A stretch of 64,000 nucleotides of DNA from the human T2T-CHM13v2.0 reference genome, Homo sapiens: assembly GCF_009914755.1 (NCBI RefSeq), contig NC_060948.1; one strand, written 5' to 3'. Shown here piece after piece: positions 52,555 through 64,000 of the stretch. Made by a program: the position numbers and the translations under genes. The first letter of the stretch is position 1, and the number at the start of each line of letters is the position of its first letter. Under the pieces are notes generated by a model. The model worked only from the letters and a program-made list of their open reading frames with translations. It was not told where the DNA came from and ran no database searches.

Positions 52555-54465
52555 CATATTTAACTCAAAAGTGCAAAGTCCAAAGTCTCATCTGAGATAA
52601 GGCAAGTCTCTTCCACCTGTGAGCATATAAAATAAAAAATAACTTAGTCACTTCTAAGATACAATGTTAGTACAGACATTGGGTAAACATTCCCATTTCA
52701 GAAGGGAGAAATCAGACAAAAAGAGGGACTACAGGCCCCATGCATGTCCAAAGCCCAGCAGGACAGTCATTAAATCTTCAAGCTCCAAAAGAATCTCCTT
52801 TGACTCCATGTCCCATATCCAGGGCAACTCGGTGCAAGGGGTGGGCTCCCAAAGGCTTGGGGAGCTCTGCCCCCGTCACTTTGCAGGGCTCAGCCCACAT
52901 AGCTGCTCTCATAGGCTGGCGTTGAGTGCCTGTGGCTTTTCCAGACACACAGTGAAAGCTGCTGGTAGATCTATCATTCTGGGGTCTGGAGGATGGAGGC
53001 CTTCCTCTTGCACTTCCACTAGGCAGTGCCCCAGTGAAGACTCTGTGTGGGGGCTCCAACCTCACATTTTTCCTCTGCACTGCCCTAGTAGAGGTTCTCC
53101 ATTAGGACCCTGCCCCTGCAGCAGGCTTCCTCCTAGACATCCAGGCTTTTCTATATATCATCTGAAATCTAGGCAGAGGCTCCTAAGTCTCACCTCCTGC
53201 ATTTGGTGCACCCACAGGCTTAACACCACCTGAAAGCTGCCAAGGCTTAGGGCTTGCACCCTCTGAAGCAGAAACCTGAGCTCTACTTGGGTGCGTTTTA
53301 CCTATAGCTGGAGCTGGAGGAGCTGCAATATAGTGAACAGTGGCCCAAGTATGTGCATTGCAGTGGGGCCCTGGGCCTGGTTCATGAAACCTTTCTTTCC
53401 TCTTAGACCTCTGGGCCTATGCTGGGAGGGGCTGCTGGGAAGGTCTCTGAAATGCCTTGAAGGCCTTCTCCCCATTGTCTTGGATATTAGCACTTGCCCT
53501 TTTTTTTGTTTTTAGTTATGCATATTTCTGCATGAATTTCTCCCCTGAAAATGGGCTTTTCTTTTCTACTACATGGCTAGGTTACAAATTTTCCAAATTT
53601 TTACACTCTGCTTCCCTTTTAAATATAAGTTCCAGTTTCAGAACATTTCTTTGCTCATGCATATGTGCATAGGGTGTTAGAAGTAGTCAGGTCACATCTT
53701 GCTTTGATGCTCAGAAATTTTTTCTGCCGTATACCCTAAATCATCTCTCTAAACTTCAAAGTTCCACAAATCCCTAGGGCAGGCACACAATTTAACCAAG
53801 CTCTTTTCTAAAGCATAACAAAAGTGAACTCTGCATTAGTTTACAATAAGTTCCTAATCTCCATCTTTGTCTTCCTCTGCCAGGCCTTCACCATTTTTAT
53901 CACTACCAGCATTTTGGCCTTGATCATTCAACCAGTCTCTAGGAAGTTCCACAATTTCCCCTATTTTCCTGTCTTCATCTGAGCCCTCCAAACTCTTCCA
54001 ACCTCTTCCCATTACCTAGTTTCAAAATTGCTTCCATATGTTCAGGTATGTCTTTAGAAATGCCTCACTCCTTGGTATCAGTTTTCTATAAGTCCATTCT
54101 TGTCCTGTTATAAAAAAAATCTGAACCCTGGTAATTTATAAAGAAAAGAGGTTTAGTTGGCTAAAGTTTCTGCAGGCTGTATAGGAAGCATGATGCTGGC
54201 ATTTGTTTGGCTTCTGGAGAGGCCTTTACAGTCATCACAGAAGGTGAAGGGCAAGCAAGTATGTCTTATGTGGCTGGAGCAGTAGCAAGGGAGAAGAGAG
54301 TGGAGAGGAACTATGCACTTTCAAATGACCAGATCTCATGAGAACAAAATCAAGGGAGAAATCTGCCTCCACGATTTAATTACCTTCCCCTAGGCACCAC
54401 CTCCAATATTTGGAAATACAATTCGACATGAGATTTGGGCAGGAACACAGATCCAAACCATATCT
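52555..54465 (-). mobile_element. MST MaLR: internal region plus one LTR (~54087-54465); other LTR absent
   Basis: TAACTCAAAAGT...AAAGTCTCATCTGAGA internal start; LTR ending CAGATCCAAACCATATC. Confidence 0.9.
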
Positions 54466-55899
54466 GTGTCACTTAGTGATTTCGGCAATTACTTGTTTTT
54501 TAATTAACCAGTTGAGTACCTTGGGACATAAATAAAATGGCATTGCTCTGAACTTGAATGCATATGCTATCTATCAAGAATCAGTATAAAATGACAAACA
54601 CAGATTTTTGCAACATATTTGGTATAGAGAGCAATGCATTCAAAGATTTATTTATTTCTCGTATCTAGGTAAGTTCTTGTTTCAAACTGTTTTTGTCAAG
54701 CATATAGCAATGGAATTTAGAGCTCAACCAATAAAAATTAATGGCAGTACCTTATATCTACTTTTTCTATAAAATACATCATAAGAAAATATGCAATTAT
54801 AGGACAGTTTATAAGTTAGAAAATAAATATTTTGACTTAGCTCTTGAATAGATCCATAACTGTGGAGTAGCTTCCCACACATTAAATTTTGTTTTTTAAT
54901 CTCAGAACATGTTGATGGTGATAAATGTAAGTGTATTACTAAATAAAATGTGAAAATACTATGTCTCTTTTAAATTTTATGATGGTAAACTTAGAAGACT
55001 ATGATGAGATTTCTATCAATTTATTATTACCTTTTCTTTAGAAAGTTGACTCTTACACCTGAAGACAACAACAACTTCTTGGTTTATGGCAAAATATCTT
55101 CTTAGCTTAGTATGAACTCAATTAATTTGTAGGAAGCTATCCTGCTGTGAAGTTATCAAAGGTGTTGGAACTAAGATTAGCATAAACTTCAAATTCAATT
55201 TAGATATTGATACATTAAATATTCATTATTACTGGATATATTTTATATAATCATCAATTAGGCATTTGCAAGAGCATAAGAGAAGTAATACTTTTACAAA
55301 TAAATTTAAGTGGCAAAAACTAACATAATAAAGCATTAACAAAAAGATCTTTCAAAGGATATTGGTTTCATTATACTACATCTTAATCTTACTTGAATAA
55401 AGGCATATAGCTATATAATATTTTGTATTGCTTTTTTTTTTTTGCTTTTCTCTTAGATTATGTGGGTTAATACAATAAAATTAAAAGTGAAAAAAAAACA
55501 TTTTTAACCTATCTGGTTTCGGCAAAGTGATGATAATATTGTTGATTTTTAAATCTCTAAAGTCCTCACAAACAATCTGAGCAAGTAATGTAACAAACAA
55601 ACCAAAACCAAAAAACAAATACATAAAAGCAACTTTGCATATCACCTTTAATAACACTGGTAAAATACCAGGAATTCTGGAATATGAGTTAATCAACTAC
55701 TAATGACTGCAATAAAAGTACAAGGATCAGTAGGTGGGCAGAAGCCAGTGGAGAGAGGGAAAAAATAATTCTGGGGATCTTAAGGGTCTTGAATATCATT
55801 ATTGACAACAAGTCCTCAGCTTCAAAAGAAAAGAACTACAATGATGGTTTAACACTCAGCCAGCAGATCTGAGTACAAATGTTAAATCTGTCATACACA

Positions 55900-56580
55900 A
55901 TTTAAAATATGTAAAAATTTAAATACTGACTACAGTATTACAAAAGGAGAGAGGTGATTAGGTATATTAAAGGAATTCTAAGGTCCTTTTGCTGTTTGGA
56001 AATTGGTAAATACATTAATATATTTTTATGGTATTAATAACAATAATTATTGTAATTACTAGGATAACTACCAGAAGAATAGTAAAAAGAATATAAGATT
56101 GGAAAGCTGATACAAAGAAAATGTGGAAAATAAAACAGTTGAAATTAATAAAACAAAGGAGGGGGAAAAGAGAATATAACACATGTAGGACAAATAGGAA
56201 ATGAGTAGTAAGATGGTAGATGTAACGCCAAGTATATCAGTAGTTATGATACATAATAAATTGTCTAACAAATTCAATTAAAGGCAAATAATAGCATGTT
56301 ATATTTTTTTAAATATCCAACTATATGCTGCACACAACAGGCTCACTTTAAATATGGAGAAACAAATTTTGAAAGCAAAAGAACAAAAAATCATACTATG
56401 AAATTATTACTATAGTAATTTTAGTAAAAGTACACTTTATAGAAGCAACATTACTAGAGAAAGAGAAAGATTTTGTCATGGAAGAAGGGTTAGACCCCAA
56501 GAAGGTATTTATATATACCACATAATATAGCCGCAAAATGTACAAAGCAAGATTGGACAAATGTACACTCATTGCATGAG
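55900..56580 (+). mobile_element. Ancient L1M inter-ORF/ORF2 start, sense
   Basis: CCAACTATATGCTGCACACAAC, AAGATGGTAGAT...CCAAGTATATCAG. Confidence 0.6.
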
Positions 56581-56589
56581 GTTTAATTT

Positions 56590-57530
56590 CATTTTAACAG
56601 TTTTATTGAGCTTCATTTTAGAAATTATAAAATTCATTAGTTTTAAATATGTATTTGAAAGATTTTAGCCGCTTTACTGAGTCATAAAACCACCATCATA
56701 AATCTGTTTAGAACATTTTTATCCACTGAATAAGATTTCTCTTGTTCATTTTCAATTAATCCCTATTCCTATCCCCACACACAGGCAAACACTAATCTGT
56801 TTTTGTAAATGTCTTTCCTAGATATTTCATATAAATGGAATCTTACAACATGTGAGCTCTCGAATCTGGCTTCTCTTGCTCGGTGTAATGTTTTTAAAAT
56901 TATTCCATGATGTAGCATGCATCAATATTTGTTCTGTTTTTACTGCTGAACAGCATTCAATTGTGTGACTATAAGTCATTTGGCTGTCTGCTCAATGGTT
57001 GATGAGCATTTGAGTTGTTTCTAGTTTTGAAAAATTATGAATTAATGCTGCTATGGACATGCATATACAAGTATTTGTGTAAATATATGTCTTTATTTTT
57101 CTAGATAGGAAAATAATTGCTGAGTATTATGGTAGTTTTATGTTTAATTTCTTAAGAAGTAAAATAGTTTGCAGAGTGGCTGTAACATTTACAGTCCTGT
57201 CAATAATATATGAAGACCTTCTTCTCCACACTCTCACCAGTATGCATTATGTCCTGTTACTGATTAAAGCCATTGTAATGAATGTGAAATAATATCTCAT
57301 TTGGGTTTTAATCCGTATTGCCAAATGAATTGTGATATAGATATTTTTAATGTGTTTATTAGCCATTTGTGCATCAACTTTGGTAAACTGTCTATTTGAA
57401 TCTTTTGCCCATTTTTTGATTAGGTTGTTCGTTTCTTAATATTCAGTTGTAAACATTTCTTGTAAATTATGAATAAAAGTCTTTAAGTAGTGTTTCATAA
57501 ACATTCTTCCCAGGACTTTTTTGTACCTTT
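56590..57530 (-). mobile_element. L1MB-type 3' region, antisense
   Basis: AGGCAAACACTAATCTG...ATTTCATATAAATGGAATC...GTCTATTTGAATCTTTTGCCCATTT. Confidence 0.85.
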
Positions 57531-57559
57531 TTTTCTTTTTTTGGGGGGGAGGGGGAGAT

Positions 57560-58260
57560 TACTATTTTTAAAATTTAATTACTAAAATCGGTAGATATTT
57601 GTGGCATAAAACATGATACTTTGAAATATGTTCACACTGCAGAATGGCTAAATAAAGCTAGTTAGTATATCTATTATATCACTTACTTACTTACCATATT
57701 TGGAGAATGCAACCATTTAAAATCTACTCTCAACTATGGTCACCATTTTTGTGGAATACATTGAACTTATTTCTCCTGCTAACTAAAATTTTGTATCATT
57801 TGACAAACATCTCCCACTCTCACCCCCTCCCAACACCTAACTCATGGTAACCACCATTTGACTCTCTGCTTCTATTAGTTTATTTTAGATTTCACATATA
57901 AATGAGATCATGCACTATTTGTCTTTCTGTGCTTGACTTATTTCACTTAACATCATGTCCTCCAGGTATATCCACGTTGTCACAGATGAGAGGATTTCCT
58001 TTTTTAAAGTCTGAATAGTATTCCATTTTTTATATATGACACATTATTCTTTATTTATCATCCCTTGATGGACATTTAGGTTGATTCCATAACCTGGCTA
58101 CTGTTAGTAATGCTGCAATGAACATGGGAGTGCAAATATCACTTTGAAAACTTCATTTTATTTCTTTGGGACTGATATGCAGAAGTAGAGTTGGTGCATT
58201 ATGTGGTAGCTCTAGTTTTAACATTTTTAAGAAACTCCATACTGTTTTTCATAATGGTTT
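57560..58260 (-). mobile_element. L1MA-type 3' end, antisense
   Basis: ATGGTAACCACCATT...AATGAGATCATGCACTATTTGTCTTTCTGTG...AATGCTGCAATGAACATGGGAGTGCA. Confidence 0.85.
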
Positions 58261-58344
58261 TAAGCTTTTCTCCATTTGAAATTGACCCAATTTCCCCATG
58301 AAATTAATGTTTACTTTTTTTTATAAACATAGAAATTGACCATC

Positions 58345-59251
<907 letters not shown>

Positions 59252-59820
59252 TAGTCTTAAAGCTTGAAACTTACATTTGTCTTATGAGTTCCTTTCACAG
59301 AAAACTGATCCTGAGGCCTCACAAGTAGTGTCAAGATACTGAAACTCCTTAATTTCTGTTTTCCTAACTGACCACCTGCTTCCTGTTGACCAACTCCTCT
59401 TCCTTACCCCTCCCTAATTTTTGTTTTCCTTCACATAGCTACATTTCTTCCTCACTATTTAAACCCCCAATTTTAGTTGGTTAGGGAATGGATTTGAGGC
59501 TTATCTCCCATCTCCTCTGCTGCAGCACCTGAATAAAGCCTTCTTCCCTGGCAATGCTAACCTCAGTGACTGGCTTTCTGTGTGGTGAGCAATGGGACCT
59601 AGATCAACCACCTGGCATTTCAGTAAACCATTGAGTATAATGATAGCTGTGAGCTTGTCGTATACAGCCTTTGTTATATTGAAATACATTTCTTCTATAC
59701 ATAAATTGCAAAGCATATTTATTATGACAGGATGTGGAATTGTGTCAAATGCTTTTACTGCATCTATTAAGATGGCCACGTTTTATATCCTGCATACTTT
59801 TAATGTACTGTGTGACATTT

Positions 59821-60130
59821 ATTATTATTATTACTACTATTATTTAGAGACAGGATCTCACTCAGTCACCCAGGCTGGTGTGCAGTGATGCAATCATAGC
59901 TCACTGTAGGCTCAAACTCCTGGGCTCAAGTGATTCTCCTATCTTGGCCCCTCAAGTAGCAAGGACTTAAAAGTTCATGCCACTACACTCAGTTACTTTT
60001 CTTTATTTCTTGTAGAAATGAGGTCTCACTTTGTTTCCCAGGCTGGTCTCAAACTACTGGCCTCAAACAATTCTCCCATTTTGGCCTCCCACAGTGTTGG
60101 GATTATTGATTTGAGCCATTGGACCTGGCT
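59821..60130 (-). mobile_element. Alu (AluJ-like) with (ATT)n/(ACT)n tail
   Basis: GAGACAGGATCTCACTCAGTCACCCAGGCTGG...; ACATTTATTA on both flanks. Confidence 0.93.
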
Positions 60131-60284
60131 TCACATTTATTAGTATGAATTATATTTCAGACAATTCATAGATCTCCATTAATTTGAGGTCAGTTACTGG
60201 AAATTTATTTTCTTTTGGTGGTATCCTGTTTCCCTGATTCTTTGTTATTGATGTAGCATGTAGTGGGTGTGGATCCTGTTTAGT

Positions 60285-61350
60285 ATGTGGATATCTAATT
60301 GTCCCAGCACTACTGATTGAACAGATTATGGTTTCCTCAATAAACTAGCTAGAAAAAAAGTAAAAAAAAATCAGTATAACAAAAACAGAAGAATTTATTT
60401 ATAGATTTTTAACTGGTTGAATTGAGCTATATGTCTATTTTTATGCCAGTACTATAGTGTCTTGACTTACTGCTGGTTTGTAGTAGGTTTCGAAATCAGA
60501 AAGTGTGAGTCCTCACAATTGGTTTTCCTTTTCCAATTGTTATGGCTATTCTGGGCCAATTACATCTTCATATAAAATGTATACTTATGTCAATTTCAGA
60601 AAAATCTGTAGAGATTTTTATAGGAATTGCACTGATTTTTGAGATTTATTTTAAAACTACTGCCAGCCTAGCAATATTTTGTGTTTCACTCCATAAACAA
60701 GAAAGATCTTTTCAGTTATTTAGATCTTAACTACTTTTAATAATATTTTGTTCTTTTCAATGTACAAGTCCTGCATGTGTTTTGTTAAATTAATTTCTAA
60801 TTGTTCTATTTTTTTGATGCTGTTTTAATGAAATTTTTTTTTCATTTTGAATTATTTACAGAAAAACAATTTTTGTATATTATTCATGAGTGTTGCAACT
60901 TTGTAGAACACTTATTTATTAGTTCTAACAGTTTTTAAATTTTATTTCTAAGAATTTTCTCTGTATAAAATCATTTTATCTGCATACAGATATAGGTTTA
61001 TCTGTTCATTTCCAATCTGGATACTTAAAAAAAATTTTTCCTTGCCTCATTGTCATAGCTATAACCTGCTCAATAGTGTTGAACCATGAGAAAAAACATT
61101 TTAATCTTGTTCCTGATATTAGGAAAAATCTCTAATTCTTTTAAAATTCATTATTATGCTAGTTACGAGTGTATTACAGATGTTCTCTATCAGGTTGAGG
61201 AAGTTCAGTTCTATTAAGAATTAGAAGGTTTTTAATCATGAGTGGGTGAATAACTTTGTCATAATTTTTCTTCTTCATATGTTCAAGTATTTATTTGTTC
61301 TTTATTATATTAAATGCTATAATACACAAAAGTGAAGTAAATCTCACTTC
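60285..61350 (-). mobile_element. Ancient L1M ORF2, antisense
   Basis: GTCCCAGCAC, GAAATCAGAAAGTGTGAGTCCTC, CAGGTTGAGGAAGTTC. Confidence 0.8.
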
Positions 61351-61389
61351 GTGATGTGCAAACTATTTGCATTTTTCAATTATTCTGGA

Positions 61390-64000
61390 ATTTTTTTTTT
61401 AGCTTTCATTTTAGGTTCAGAGGTGCATGTGTAGATATATTATATAGGTAAATTGTTTGGGGAGTTTGGTATACACATTATTTTCTTACCTAGGTAAGAA
61501 GCACAGTACCTGCTATGTGTTTTTTTCAATCCTCAGCCTCCTCTCATTCCTCCATTCTCAAGTAGCCCTGGTGTCTGTTGTTCCCTTCTTTATGTTCACA
61601 TGTACTGAGGGTTTAGCTTCCACTTATGAGTGAAGATATACAGTATTTGGTTTTCTATTCCTGTGTCAGTATGCTTAGGATAATTTTCTCCAGCTCCATC
61701 CCTGTTGTTGCAATGGACACGATCTCATTCTTTTCATTATTATTATTATAATTTTTATTATACTTTAACTTCTGGGGTACATGTGCAGAACATGCAGTTT
61801 TGTTACATACGTATACACGTGCCATGGTGGTTTGCCACACCCACCAACCCATCACCTACATTAGGTATTTCTCCTAATGCTATCCCTTCCCTAGCCCCTC
61901 ACCCGCCGACAGGCCCAAGTGTGTGATGTTCCCCTCCCCCTCTCTGTGTCCATGTGTTCTCATTGTTCAACTCCTACTTATGTGTGAGAACATGTGGTGT
62001 TTGCTTTTCTGTTCTTGTGTTAGTTTACTGAGAATGATGGTTTCCAGCTTCATCCATGTCCCTGTAAAGGACATGAACTCATCCTTTTTTATGGCTGCAT
62101 AGCATTCCATGGTGTATATGTGCCACATTTTCTTTATCCAGTCCATCACTGATGGAGATTTGGGTTGATTCCAAGTCTTTGCTATTGTGAATAGTGCTGC
62201 AATAAACATACGTGTGCATGTGTGTTTATAGCAGAATGATTTATAATCCTTTGGGTATATACCCAGTAATGGGAATGCTGGGTCAAATGGTATTTCTGGT
62301 TCTAGATCCTTGAGGAATCACCATACTGTCTTCCACAATGGTTGAACTAATTTACACTCCCACCAACAGTGTAAAAGCATTCCTATTTCTCCACAACCTC
62401 TCCAGCATCTGTTGTTTCCTGACTTTGTAATGATCACCATTCTAACTGACATGAGATGGTATCTCATTGTGGTTTTGATTTGCATTTCTCTAATGACCAG
62501 TGATGATGAGCTTTTTTTTCATATGTTTGTTGGCTGCATAAATGTCTTCTTTTGAAAAGTCACTGTTCACATCCTTCATCCACTTTTTGACAGGGTTCTT
62601 TTCTTCTTGTAAATTTATTTAAGTTCTTTGTAGATTCTGGATATTAGCCCTTTGTCAGATGGATCGATTGCAAAAATTTTCTCCCATTCTGTGCATTGCC
62701 TGTTCACTCTGATGATAGTTTCTTTTGCTGTGCAGAAGCCCTTTAGTTTAATCAGATCCCATTTGTCAATTTTGGCTTTTGTTGCCATTGCTTTTTGTGT
62801 TTTAGACTTGAAGTCTTTGCCCATGCCTATGTCCTGAATGGTATAGCCTAAGTTTTCTTCTAGGATATTTATGGTTTTAGGTCTTATGTTTAAGTCTGTA
62901 ATCTCATTCTTTTTATGGCTGAATAGTATTCCATTATGTATATTTTCCACATTTTTAATAAATCCAGTTTACCATTGATGAACATTTAGTTTAATTCCAT
63001 GTCTTGTTATTGTCAATAATGCCACGATGTATATATGCATGCATGTGTCTTTACAGTAGAATGATTTCTATTCCATTGGGTATATAATCACTGGGTCAAA
63101 TGGTAGTTCTGTTTCAAGTTTTTCAAGAAATTGACAACTGTTTTCTGCAGTGACTGAACTGCTTTACATTCCCACCGGCTATATATAAGTGTTCCCTTTT
63201 CTCTACAACTTCACCACCATCTGTTATTTTTTTGACTTTTTAATAATGCCCATACTGACTTGTGTGAGATGGTATCTCATTGTGGTTGTGACTTGCATTT
63301 CTCTAACAAATAGTGATGTTGAGCATTTTTTATGTGCTTGTTGGCTGCATGTAAGTTTTCTTTGAAAAGTGTCTGTTATTGTTCTTTGCTCATTTTTAAT
63401 GGGGTTATTTCTTTTTTGTTTGTTAATTTGTTAGTTTCTTATAGATTCCGGCTACTAGACCATCAGCAGACACATAGTTTGCAAATATTTTCTCCCATTT
63501 GGTAGGTTGTCTGTTTACTGTGTTGATAGTTTATTTTGTAATATAGAGGCTCTTAATTAGGTCCCACTTGTCAATTTATGTTTCTGATGCAATTGCTTTT
63601 GCCATCTTTATTATGAATCTTTGCCAGGTCCTATGAACAAGATATTGCCTAACTTATATTCCAATGATTTTATAGTTTTAGGTTTTACATTTAAGTCTTT
63701 GATTCATCTGGAGTTGATTTTTGTATATGACACAAGGAATGAGTCCAGTTTCAATCTTCTGCTTATGGCTAGCCAGTTATTACATCACCACTTATTAAAT
63801 AGGGAGTGTTTTCCCTGTTGCTTTTTTTTTGCCAAATTTGTTGAAGATCAGATGGTTGTAGATATTCTGCTTTATTTCTAGGTTCTCTATTCTGTTCAAT
63901 TAGTCTGTGTGTCTATTTTTCGACAAGTACCATGCTGTTCTGGTTACTGTAGCCTTGTATTATAGTTTGAAGCTGGGTAATGTGATTTCTCCAACTTTCT
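61390..64000 (-). mobile_element. Older L1PA/L1PB 3' portion, antisense, running off the window end
   Basis: TTTTAGGTTCAGAGGTGCATGTG... continuing after the nested L1 to GGGTAATGTGATTTCTCCAAC. Confidence 0.9.
61735..62900 (-). mobile_element. Younger L1PA (5'-truncated) nested in the older L1, 13-bp TSD
   Basis: ATCTCATTCTTTT at 61722-61734 and 62901-62913; ORF2 C-terminal remnants ([21 protein letters not shown]; MFIAALFTIAKTWNQPK). Confidence 0.95.

Noticed and set aside
52664-53233. 189-aa ORF
   Set aside because: Antisense frame of MST-internal sequence.

Overview
AT-rich, CpG-depleted primate (human-like) genomic DNA made mostly of interspersed repeats: Alu, L1 of several ages, MaLR (THE1/MST/MLT1), ERV1/ERVL LTRs, L2, MIR and microsatellites. 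I find no credible protein-coding gene. The longer ORFs in the track are repeat-derived (Alu, THE1/MST-internal, L1 ORF2) or low-complexity. The most unusual object is a ~865-bp chimeric insert (24096-24960) inside an antisense L1, flanked by a 7-bp direct repeat (GTACCAC). It consists of a circularly permuted ~150-nt piece of 28S rRNA containing the sarcin-ricin loop, a ~30-bp filler of unknown origin, and the 3' end of a HERV-L genome (dUTPase remnant, polypurine tract, start of an MLT2 LTR). Also present: 5'-inverted L1s, a cluster of co-oriented MaLR proviruses, a near full-length old L1 with a candidate target-site duplication (TSD), a multi-layer nested insertion, and a small octamer-centred hairpin in unique sequence. 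Repeat-family names come from recalled consensus sequences, not a database search, so subfamily calls and most boundaries are approximate.
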